Part shown: in pieces, positions 27,630 through 35,708 of the stretch
Layout: each line of letters begins with the position of its first letter
Numbering within the stretch: position 1 is the stretch's first letter
Notes under the pieces: generated by a model
What the model saw: only the letters and a program-made list of their open reading frames with translations
The model's database searches: none
Told to the model about the DNA's origin: nothing
Translations under genes and position numbers: made by a program
DNA from: Gammaproteobacteria bacterium
GTDB taxonomy: Bacteria > Pseudomonadota > Gammaproteobacteria > Eutrophobiales > Eutrophobiaceae
Assembly: GCA_965116495.1 (NCBI GenBank)
Contig: OZ220696.1
Span: 2,400,001-2,464,000, forward strand
DNA length: 64,000 nucleotides
Direction of reading: 5' to 3'

Positions 27630-28832
27630 CTAGGCCGCCAGTTTAGCAACCAGGTATTCCTGCCCCCGGTCTCCCTTCACGGAATTGCAGTACCCGCAAA
27701 GTAACTGCAAGTTGTAGAGGTGATCAGTTCCGCCCTTGCTTCGTGGGATGATATGGTCAACTGTAAAATTCTGCATCAGGAAATGCTCCTTACAGCCGTT
27801 ACAGTGGCCGCCCTGTTCGCCGTAAAGCGCCTTTTTGTTATCAGCGTGGTTGTACTTCTTCAGTGGCGCAATGTCGGTGCGCTGGGGGATGTCGGTGCGG
27901 ACGATGCCCTGGTAGAACATGCCCAGTTCCTTGTCCATGCGCAACTTGACCAATTCGGCGGCCTTCGGGGATATGTCAATACCGGCCCACTCCCTGCCCT
28001 CTATCTCCGCCGCTATGCAGGCTGTGGCACAGCCACAGAAGGGGTCAAGGATAATTCCGTCTTCTGGACAGGAAGCTTTTATGACGCGTTGTAACAGCTT
28101 TAATGGTTTTTGAGTGGGGTAGCCTACGCGTTCTGTGGCGTTTGCATTAAGATAGGATATTTCCCACACATCGCGCATGGCTTTCATTCCGCTATTATCA
28201 ACATATTCTTGCTGGAGTGCGCCGTCTTCCGCAATGTGACTCGCTCTGTTTTTGCCCTTATGTCGATGCTGTCCTTTCGGGCTATGGGGTTCAAGCAGCT
28301 GCTTAAATACAGCATCGGTTGAGCGCGCATACATCAACAAAACATCGTGCATTCTTTGAAAGTGCTTGGTTGCCCCTGTCCATCTCTGATAACTCCATAT
28401 AATTTCATTCCTGAACATCTTACGCCCAAACACCGCATCCATAACCAGCTTGAGATAGTGCGACATGGTAGGATCACAGTGCAGGTAAATACTGCCTGTG
28501 TCCTTCAATATCCGTTTCATTTCAAGCAGCCTTGCGGCCATGTAAATGAGATAGGACTTGTCGCTTTTCGTCATGGCGGCATGGATAACCTTGTTCAGGG
28601 TCGGGTGCTTGGCTTCTATCAGGTCAAGCCACGCGATATCCAGATCGTCCAAGTTCCAGGTGTCTTTGAACTCTGCGCCGGCGGCCTGGGAGCCGATAGG
28701 CGCGGCATAGTTGGTTTTGGAATTAAATGGCGGGTCTAGGTAAATCAGATCAACGCTGTGATCGTTCATGCCCCGCAGGACAGGGAGATTGTCGGCAGTC
28801 CAGATGGTCTGGTTTGCCCAGTTAGCGGACAC
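27630..28832 (-). CDS. Site-specific DNA methyltransferase (N6/N4 class) fused to a C-terminal HNH endonuclease domain
   Basis: DLIYLDPPF, YPTQKP..LL and LDPFCGCAT motifs; C-terminal CNGC...DHIIPRSKGG....NLQLLC..CN..KG. The stop codon lies in the left TIR. Confidence 0.92.
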   Translation of the reverse strand: MSANWANQTIWTADNLPVLRGMNDHSVDLIYLDPPFNSKTNYAAPIGSQAAGAEFKDTWNLDDLDIAWLDLIEAKHPTLNKVIHAAMTKSDKSYLIYMAARLLEMKRILKDTGSIYLHCDPTMSHYLKLVMDAVFGRKMFRNEIIWSYQRWTGATKHFQRMHDVLLMYARSTDAVFKQLLEPHSPKGQHRHKGKNRASHIAEDGALQQEYVDNSGMKAMRDVWEISYLNANATERVGYPTQKPLKLLQRVIKASCPEDGIILDPFCGCATACIAAEIEGREWAGIDISPKAAELVKLRMDKELGMFYQGIVRTDIPQRTDIAPLKKYNHADNKKALYGEQGGHCNGCKEHFLMQNFTVDHIIPRSKGGTDHLYNLQLLCGYCNSVKGDRGQEYLVAKLAA

Positions 28833-28871
28833 GATAATGTCCGCTTTAAGGTCGGGCTGTAGGGTCGACTC

Positions 28872-29030
28872 CTAATCGGACTGGCGGACTGGCGGACTGG
28901 CGGACTGGCGGACTGGCCGCTTTTTCACTTTATCACGTTTTTGTTTTACCGTCCCGTCTCCTGCTTTCACCACCCGCTTTATTGCTTCTTTAAACGTCAT
29001 GTTCAACGGCTCTATGATGCCCCGCTTCAT
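28872..29030 (-). CDS. 52-aa leader ORF containing an 8-bp tandem repeat
   Basis: ATG overlaps the transposase TGA (TGATG): MKRGIIEPLNMTFKEAIKRVVK...RPVRQSASPPVRQSD*. Same frame as the MTase. Confidence 0.55.
   Translation of the reverse strand: MKRGIIEPLNMTFKEAIKRVVKAGDGTVKQKRDKVKKRPVRQSASPPVRQSD
28878..28917. repeat. Simple sequence repeat (GGACTGGC)5
   Basis: Five perfect 8-mers, 45 bp upstream of the MTase start. Confidence 0.95.
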
Positions 29031-29947
29031 CATGCGACCTCCCGGATTAGTTCGTTGTATGGAAGCCTTTTACCGATGCCCCCTTTGATCACTTTGCCGA
29101 TTGCGGCGGCGCCTGTCAAGCACCGATTGTTATGGCGATGCACATACTCGGTGACGTAGCGATGAGTATGCTTCATGCTCCACCAGTGATGCGTACCGAT
29201 ATAACCGCGCTTGACCAATGCCCAGAAAGACTCGATCCCGTTTGTGTTAACCTGCGCGTTCACATACTCGCCTGCGCTGTGCCTCACCGTCCCATGTTGG
29301 TAGAACAGGCTGTGCAGGCCGGCATAGCCTCTATGCTCATCCGTATAGACCTGCGAGCCAATCTCAACGTGCTGGTGGATAGCGCCGTGCAGAGTCTCTT
29401 TGTCGGTGCGCCGGATCGGGAAGGCCCGGACTTCGCCACCGCGTTGCAGGATGCCTAATACCGGCTGTTTGCCAACCGTGCCGCGCCCCGCCTTCATACG
29501 GTGCTGTACGTGTTTGTTGCCTTCCTTGCCGCCCAGGTACGTCTCATCCACCTCAACCTCACCCGTCAACGGGTTAATCCCGTCCGTGCAGGCTTCCCGG
29601 ATGCGATTTGACAGATACCAGGCTGTCTTTTGCGTAACGCCCAGGTTCTTTGCAAACTGAACGCTTGATATCCCCTTGCGGGCAGTGGTCATTATGTTAA
29701 TTGCCAGTAACCATGTCTGCAATGGCAGGCGGGAGCTTTCCATGATCATGCCGGTACGGACACTGAAACGCTCCTTGCACTCGGCGCACTTGTAACCCAT
29801 GCCGCCCTTGATCTCATATACCTTGTCATGTCCACAATGCGGGCAGGTAATACCATCAGACCAACGCTGTTCGATGATGAACTGCTTGCAGGACTCCTCA
29901 GTCGGAAACTGCTGGTAAAATTCGGGAATGCTCATGTAGTCTTTCAT
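29030..29947 (-). CDS. IS1595-family transposase
   Basis: Zn ribbon CPHCG...YKCAEC, EVEVDETYLGG, YTDE, HSAGEYV and NTNGIESFWA..KR motifs. Confidence 0.95.
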   Translation of the reverse strand: MKDYMSIPEFYQQFPTEESCKQFIIEQRWSDGITCPHCGHDKVYEIKGGMGYKCAECKERFSVRTGMIMESSRLPLQTWLLAINIMTTARKGISSVQFAKNLGVTQKTAWYLSNRIREACTDGINPLTGEVEVDETYLGGKEGNKHVQHRMKAGRGTVGKQPVLGILQRGGEVRAFPIRRTDKETLHGAIHQHVEIGSQVYTDEHRGYAGLHSLFYQHGTVRHSAGEYVNAQVNTNGIESFWALVKRGYIGTHHWWSMKHTHRYVTEYVHRHNNRCLTGAAAIGKVIKGGIGKRLPYNELIREVA

Positions 29948-30089
29948 CTGTTTTTCCTTGCAAATCAATTAACTGATACTTAATTGTACCAATAATTGAG
30001 CAAGTGTCAACAGTTTTTTACAACTTTTTTCGGATTATTTCAGGGTGGAAATAGCGCGCGGGTATACGGTAGGATCGGAGAGTTGTTAG

Positions 30090-30235
30090 AGTGGGGACGG
30101 TGCGGAAACACCGTCCCTCAATTTCCACCGCGTAAGCGGAAGTGTCTGGCCGGACAGGTAAAGTATAACCTCTCCTGTCCTGCCGTCAAGTTCGTTCTGT
30201 TTACGCCTTCATGCCGCGTATGCGGCAGGAGGATT
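30090..30235 (+). ncRNA. Candidate structured 5' leader RNA inside the IS1595 element
   Basis: Successive hairpins GGGACGGTG-CGGAAA-CACCGTCCC, CCGC-GTAA-GCGG, GGACAGG...CCTGTCC and TGCCGC-GTAT-GCGGCA; no family recognised. Confidence 0.4.
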
Positions 30236-30239
30236 GATC

Positions 30240-30299
30240 ATGGCCAATCGCCGAAAGACGGTGCCGGTCAAAGCGCACAAGCGCAGACCACCGAAGTAA
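30240..30299 (+). CDS. 19-aa basic peptide MANRRKTVPVKAHKRRPPK
   Basis: Strong AGGAGGA RBS just upstream; followed by an intrinsic terminator. Confidence 0.55.
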   Translation: MANRRKTVPVKAHKRRPPK

Positions 30300-30306
30300 C
30301 CAGTAC

Positions 30307-30334
30307 GGCCCCGTACTCAGTGCGGGGTTTTTCG
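30307..30334 (+). terminator. Intrinsic terminator just inside the right TIR
   Basis: CCCCGTAC-TCA-GTGCGGGG stem followed by TTTTT. Confidence 0.7.
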
Positions 30335-30512
30335 TATAGTACAATTAGGTATATAATTCCCATATTATCTGTATGTCATGATTGCCAGATTCCTTCCGAT
30401 GGTAATAGAGACACTTGGCAAGAAAAGTCGAAAGTGATTGCTGCGGCTGGTAAATTTGTGGAAGGGTAGACATAATTTCTTTGTTTACGGGCATATATCG
30501 GACATCCATAAT

Positions 30513-31553
30513 ATGCAACAAGCGGCGCTGGAAAACAAACTCCTGCAATTGGCTACGGGACATCAGCTGGCGGCTGCCCTTTACTTCGTTACGGTCAACA
30601 AAATTCCCGATTGCCTCAAGGATGGCCCACGAACGGCAGGGGACATAGCGGCTGCAGTCGGATTGCCCGCCGGGTCCGTTTACCGCCTGCTGCGGGCGAT
30701 GACCACATCCGGAATATTCCGTTTGCAGGACGGCAGGTTCTCATTGACGGAGATAAGCGACCTGTTGCGTACGGACCATGCCCGGAGCCAGCGTTCCAAG
30801 ATCCTGCTCGCTGCCAGCGACCTGGATGTATGGTCCAGGTTGGGCGAGGCCGTGGAACTGGAAGACGCCCTACCCGACGTAAAGAAGGACTGGTATCTCG
30901 AGTGGGGTAAGGACGAGGACCCCATCATGATTTTCGACAAGGCCATGCGCTCCTACTATTTTGATGCGCCAGCCCCCTTGCTTGGAATTTACGATTTCAG
31001 CAGCATCAATACACTGGTGGATATTGCCGGTGGCGATGGCGGACACCTGATTGAAATTCTGAAGGCATTCCCCGACATGACGGGTATTCTATTCGAGCAG
31101 ACTGAAACAGCGCAGCGCGCGGAGGCCTACATTCGTGAGGCCGGCCTATCGGAAAGATGTATGTGTGCCGCAGGGAATTTTTTCAAACCGGAAACCATAC
31201 CTGAAGATGGTGATGCCTACATGATGCGTAACATCATGCACTGTTGGGCCGATGATCCCTGCAGGCAGATTCTGACAAACATCACTGCGCGCATGCCCGA
31301 TACTGCGCGTATCCTTGTCATGGAGCAGAAACTCCCCTCTAGTGATGAACAACTGAATGACTGCGCGGAACATTGGGGAGTCACGCCGGCGTGGTGGGAT
31401 ATGTTGATGTTGCTGTGGTTCGGGGGAGCGGAACGCACCGTGGAAGAATTCAACACATTGTACGAGTCTGCCGGTATGAAGCTGGCCAATGTTATGGAGG
31501 GCAAACTGGGTACCGTTGTTTATGAAGGAGTCAAAACTTCTCAGAAATCCTGA
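30513..31553 (+). CDS. SAM-dependent O-/N-methyltransferase (Methyltransf_2 family with dimerisation domain)
   Basis: YRLLRAM wHTH-like region, LVDIAGGDG, GNFF, MRNIMHCWADD and GAERTVEEF motifs. Start uncertain. Confidence 0.9.
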   Translation: MQQAALENKLLQLATGHQLAAALYFVTVNKIPDCLKDGPRTAGDIAAAVGLPAGSVYRLLRAMTTSGIFRLQDGRFSLTEISDLLRTDHARSQRSKILLAASDLDVWSRLGEAVELEDALPDVKKDWYLEWGKDEDPIMIFDKAMRSYYFDAPAPLLGIYDFSSINTLVDIAGGDGGHLIEILKAFPDMTGILFEQTETAQRAEAYIREAGLSERCMCAAGNFFKPETIPEDGDAYMMRNIMHCWADDPCRQILTNITARMPDTARILVMEQKLPSSDEQLNDCAEHWGVTPAWWDMLMLLWFGGAERTVEEFNTLYESAGMKLANVMEGKLGTVVYEGVKTSQKS

Positions 31554-31588
31554 GAATCAATACGCTTTACAATCAAAAGAAGCGGGAA

Positions 31589-32836
31589 ATGGTCACTGAT
31601 ATCGAAGCATTAATTGGCCGGCGTCAGACCGGTTACAGCCTGCCCGGGCCATTCTATACCGACACTGACGTTTACCGGCTTGACGCAGACCGCGTCTTCA
31701 GCAAACTCTGGATGCTGGCCGGCCATGTTTCCCAAATCCCGGAACCAGGCGATTATTTCCTGGCTGAAATTGCCGGTGAGTCCATTTGCATCGTGCGCCG
31801 GGGCGAAGGGGAAATCAGCGCTTTTTACAATGTGTGCCGGCATCGCGGGTCGCGCATATGCCGGGAACAACGGGGCAATACCCGGGCGTTTGTCTGTCCG
31901 TACCATGCCTGGTCCTACAACCTGGACGGTTCACTCCGTGCTGCCCGGCTGATGCCCGAAGATTTCACCAGGGAAGACATGGGGCTCCACCCTTGTCACG
32001 TGCTCGTATACGAAGGGTTGATATTCATCTGTCTCGCCGAAGATTCTCCGCCTGAGGTCGATTCCATACTGCAGCAAATGGAACCTTTCATCAAACCACA
32101 AAAATTACGCGACGCCAAAGTCATTCATGAAACGGTATTCACTACCAATGCGAACTGGAAACTGGTCGTCGAGAATTTCTGGGAATGTTATCACTGCCAG
32201 CCTTCGCATCCTGAATTCATGGCGGTACATGACGAGAACTGGGTGCTGGCGATGGGTGCTGGCCTGGGCGCGTGCGTCTCGGAACAGGCTGAAATGAACT
32301 ACCAGCAGGAATTCAAGGCATTTGAAGACCGCGCTAGACAACTTGATCATCCTTTCGGTTCATCCCCGAAGCTGGGTCCGGGATTGACGGAGTTCTGGCA
32401 GGTCCTGCGTTCCCCACTGGCGGACGGATGTTACTCGGAGACACGGGACGGCAGAAAAGTGGGGCCGTTGATGGGAGACCTCAATGACTTTGATGGTGGC
32501 ATGACCCACATCAGTTTTAATCCGCTGGCTTCACTCTGGTTGTGCAATGATCATGCGGTCACATTCAACTTTCACCCGATGGGTCCCAACTCTACGGATG
32601 TACATATCATGTGGCTGGTGGACGGGGAAGCGGAACAGGACAGGGATTTCACGGTGGAAGATGTCGCGTGGATGTGGACGACAACCGGGCTACAGGACAA
32701 GACGATCACCGAAAATAACCAGTCCGGCGTAAACTCGGGTCGTTATGAACCGGGGCCATACTCACTGATGGAGGGGCAACTCGAAGACTTTGTGCAATGG
32801 TATTTCGCACGGCTGCGAGAGGCTGATACTGCCTAA
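31589..32836 (+). CDS. Rieske non-heme iron oxygenase alpha subunit (GbcA/Stc2-like)
   Basis: NVCRHRG...CPYHAWSY Rieske site; ANWK...ENFWECYHC...HP mononuclear Fe site; QD...ENNQ.G. Confidence 0.9.
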   Translation: MVTDIEALIGRRQTGYSLPGPFYTDTDVYRLDADRVFSKLWMLAGHVSQIPEPGDYFLAEIAGESICIVRRGEGEISAFYNVCRHRGSRICREQRGNTRAFVCPYHAWSYNLDGSLRAARLMPEDFTREDMGLHPCHVLVYEGLIFICLAEDSPPEVDSILQQMEPFIKPQKLRDAKVIHETVFTTNANWKLVVENFWECYHCQPSHPEFMAVHDENWVLAMGAGLGACVSEQAEMNYQQEFKAFEDRARQLDHPFGSSPKLGPGLTEFWQVLRSPLADGCYSETRDGRKVGPLMGDLNDFDGGMTHISFNPLASLWLCNDHAVTFNFHPMGPNSTDVHIMWLVDGEAEQDRDFTVEDVAWMWTTTGLQDKTITENNQSGVNSGRYEPGPYSLMEGQLEDFVQWYFARLREADTA

Positions 32837-32917
32837 TGATTGACAATTTTGTATAACGCCGGCGCACGTAATCCATGCAATAAACACCAATAATAATAAA
32901 ACGGAGCACAACATCCA

Positions 32918-34051
32918 ATGTCCAGACTGAACCCACCTTTTCGCGCCGAACACGTCGGCAGTCTGCTGCGACCGAAAGTCCTGCTCGAGGCGCGCGAGCG
33001 GCTGGAGGGAGACGTTTACAGCGAGCATAAGGGAAGCATTGCCAGGGGCGAACTTCGGAGCCTTGAAAATGAATGTATAACCGAGGTAATCAAAATGCAG
33101 GAAGACGTCGGCCTGCAGGGCATCACTGACGGAGAGTTTCGCCGCCGCTCCTGGTTCCAGGACTTCATGCTGGAATTGAACGGTGCGTCTATAAAATTCG
33201 TGGAAGGGACGTTCGTGGACAGCAAAGGGCATAAGCTTCCCACGCCGACACCGCATTTCGAGGAGAAACTCCAGCCCCGCACGGGAATTACCACGGACGC
33301 ATATACATTTCTGGCAGGCAGGACGGGTCGAACTGCCAAGGCGACTATACCCTCGCCGAACATGGCCCACGTGTTCGGCGGCAGGGCAGCCATCAGCGCA
33401 ACCGTGTATCCCGACCTGGGTGAGTTCTGGGAGGACCTGGCGCAGATATACCGGCAGGAAATTACCCACCTCGCAGAGCTCGGATGCCGCTATATTCAGG
33501 TCGACGATTGTGCGTTCACGATGCTGCTGGATAACGATGTGCGCGGGCGCCTGCAGGAACGCGGCGACGACCCGGGACAACTGCTGGATACCTATATCCG
33601 GGCCATCAACCTGGCCGTAAAGGACCGTCCGGAGGGGGTCGTCATAGGTACGCACCTCTGTCGCGGTAATAACAAGGGGCACTGGCTGGCTTCCGGAGGC
33701 TACGATGCGGTCGCTGAGAAATTGTTCAACCAACTGGAAGTTGACGCGTTTTTCCTCGAATATGACTCCTCGCGCGCCGGCACGTTTGCGCCGCTTCGGT
33801 TCATGCCCGGGGATAAAACGGTTGTACTCGGGCTTATTTCATCCAAGGTTCCGGATCTTGAAGACAGCAATGACGTCAAAAGCCGCATTGAACAGGCGAG
33901 TAGACATGTGCCGTTGGAGAACCTTTGCCTCAGCCCGCAATGCGGTTTCGCCAGTGTGTTCCAGGGCAATCCCGTCACCGAAGAACACCAGCGCGCCAAG
34001 CTGTCACTGATCGTCGATGTGGCGGATGATATGTGGGGCAGCGGCGGGTAA
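32918..34051 (+). CDS. Cobalamin-independent methionine synthase II-family protein (single-barrel MetE-like)
   Basis: HVGSLLRP, TDGEFRR, Zn ligands in HLCRGN, FLEYD and LSPQCGFAS. Confidence 0.88.
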   Translation: MSRLNPPFRAEHVGSLLRPKVLLEARERLEGDVYSEHKGSIARGELRSLENECITEVIKMQEDVGLQGITDGEFRRRSWFQDFMLELNGASIKFVEGTFVDSKGHKLPTPTPHFEEKLQPRTGITTDAYTFLAGRTGRTAKATIPSPNMAHVFGGRAAISATVYPDLGEFWEDLAQIYRQEITHLAELGCRYIQVDDCAFTMLLDNDVRGRLQERGDDPGQLLDTYIRAINLAVKDRPEGVVIGTHLCRGNNKGHWLASGGYDAVAEKLFNQLEVDAFFLEYDSSRAGTFAPLRFMPGDKTVVLGLISSKVPDLEDSNDVKSRIEQASRHVPLENLCLSPQCGFASVFQGNPVTEEHQRAKLSLIVDVADDMWGSGG

Positions 34052-34058
34052 AAGCGGA

Positions 34059-34595
34059 TTACAGCGTAAATTCGGCCACGAGACTGTCTGTCAGTGGAAA
34101 AAAGCTGTCGGCGGCATCCTTCAGTTCGTTTGACGGATCGGCCCGGTATTCGAAGAAGGCGTTCTCGACTGTCTTGCCCTGCCTTTGCAGCGCTTCGATC
34201 GCGGGACTCAGTGTCGGGCGGCGGCTCAGGATAACAGCCGTATCGTAGCTGTTATTAATGCCTTGCTCGAACATCTCCAGTGCCAGCATCACGTCGACTC
34301 CATAGTCCAGGTACATCCCGCCTCTTACCTGCATCCGTGTTGCACGGGTGTTAAAACCCTGGCCGGCCATAAGCTGCAGCAACTCACGCTGCGCTGTTTC
34401 CTTTTTCGGGTAACACTCCCCGGGATAGGTGGCAAGACAGGCATATTTTCCCGTTACTGTTCTCCCACCTGCGATATGGTCGACCAGACCGGCATAATCA
34501 ATCCTCCACGGCAAGCCCTGTCCCCTGAGCCCATCCAGCAGCCAGCCGGCGTCTATGAAAGCGCTAACCCGGATGTTTTGCTTCTCTGTCGCCAT
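34059..34595 (-). CDS. NYN/LabA-like domain protein, divergent
   Basis: AFIDAG, GVDVMLALEM, YDTAVILS and LKDAADSF motifs; the usual SGD.DF motif is degenerate (SRRPTL). Confidence 0.7.
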   Translation of the reverse strand: MATEKQNIRVSAFIDAGWLLDGLRGQGLPWRIDYAGLVDHIAGGRTVTGKYACLATYPGECYPKKETAQRELLQLMAGQGFNTRATRMQVRGGMYLDYGVDVMLALEMFEQGINNSYDTAVILSRRPTLSPAIEALQRQGKTVENAFFEYRADPSNELKDAADSFFPLTDSLVAEFTL

Positions 34596-34631
34596 GCTCT
34601 CTCCTGTTATAATATCAAGCGATACCCCAGG

Positions 34632-35558
34632 TCAGCAGGACTCGGCGAAATGCAGGATTGCCTGCGAGATTTCGCTGTCGGAATAAAATAACCTGAATAT
34701 GTTGGTGGTATGGTCCTCACCTTCGACGTCGAGGTAATCGGCCCGCAAGCCCTTTCCCCTCCAGGCCGCTACAAATTCTTCTGATTGCCTATGGAATTCC
34801 ACCGATTCTTCCGCGCCCAACGCGACCAGCAGTGGCGGCCCGGTATCGGGAATATGAAACAGTGGGCTTTCGTTGAATACGGTATCGCCGGTAAGCTGCA
34901 GCTTTGCCTGCAGCCAGCAATATCTGAAAGGGCGCAGGTCAAACAGCCCGCTGATGGGAATGCCGCCCTTTATGACGTCGGCCGGTAATCCGTAGTCCTC
35001 CCAGTTGGTTATCGCTAGCATCCCCACCTGGTGTCCTCCGGCAGAATGGCCGGTAACGAAAATCCTGTTGGCGTCGCCATTGATACTCGCTGCGTTACGG
35101 TAGGCCCAGGCAACAGCGAGTCTGCTCGCTGATGTGATATCCGGGATTCCGACCTTCGGACACAAGGCGTAATCACTGGAAATACATGCAAACCCCAGGT
35201 CGGCCAGTCCTTTTATACAGAAGTTGAACAGCTTTCTCGTCCCCAGACGCCACCATCCACCGTGAATGAAGATGATGATTGGGGAGTCCTTTTTCCTGGC
35301 GGGGAATACGTCAATCCGTTCCTCGTCCCGGGCGCCAACAGGTATATCCGCCTGGTGTTCAAGCAGTTCAAGGGTCCTGGAACTTCTGTGAAGAAACGTA
35401 TCGAAGTAGGGAATGATATCCCATAGGTGGTTCTCGATATCAAGCTGCGGATCAATCTGCGCTTGATCCATAAAATTATCATACGGACTCACTTTCGCTT
35501 CCTGGTGGTTGTCCCGGGTATCGTCTTCTATTGACCGGCCAGTCCAGAATACCAGCAT
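34632..35558 (-). CDS. Alpha/beta hydrolase, arylformamidase (kynurenine formamidase)-like
   Basis: FIHGGWW, DYALCP, GHSAGGH, SGLFDL and EFHRQS motifs. Start uncertain. Confidence 0.82.
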   Translation of the reverse strand: MLVFWTGRSIEDDTRDNHQEAKVSPYDNFMDQAQIDPQLDIENHLWDIIPYFDTFLHRSSRTLELLEHQADIPVGARDEERIDVFPARKKDSPIIIFIHGGWWRLGTRKLFNFCIKGLADLGFACISSDYALCPKVGIPDITSASRLAVAWAYRNAASINGDANRIFVTGHSAGGHQVGMLAITNWEDYGLPADVIKGGIPISGLFDLRPFRYCWLQAKLQLTGDTVFNESPLFHIPDTGPPLLVALGAEESVEFHRQSEEFVAAWRGKGLRADYLDVEGEDHTTNIFRLFYSDSEISQAILHFAESC

Positions 35559-35708
35559 GTAACATCCGGAGTAAATACCATTGAAATGTTACATGGGGGC
35601 CACTGCTCATCCATATAAATTCGTAAATTGCAGTGCCAGGGTTTTTGTGAATTCCACACCGCATGCTATATAATCCCGGGTAATCCGGAACTGGGAGGAC
35701 TGATACCG

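Larger units (their letters stand above)
27608..30361 (-). mobile_element. Complete IS1595-family element with passenger genes (2754 bp)
   Basis: TIRs GGGAATTATATAC(T/C)TAATTGTACTA at 27608-27632 and 30337-30361 (24/25 match); 8-bp TSD ATATTATC at 27600-27607 and 30362-30369. Confidence 0.95.

Noticed and set aside
27630-27850. IscB/Cas9-like RNA-guided nuclease
   Set aside because: Only a short HNH fused to an MTase; no RuvC segments, bridge helix or PLMP motif are visible.
28878-28917. CRISPR array or classical in-gene frameshift switch
   Set aside because: The 8-bp units have no spacers and no cas genes are present. An in-frame TAG between the repeat and the MTase prevents any repeat number from creating a fusion.
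29996-30469. 157-aa ORF from the track
   Set aside because: It crosses the IS TIR and TSD, has no motif, and overlaps hairpins and a better-supported short ORF.
32918-34051. Canonical metE
   Set aside because: It is half the size of two-barrel MetE and lacks the folate-binding N-terminal barrel; the function may differ.
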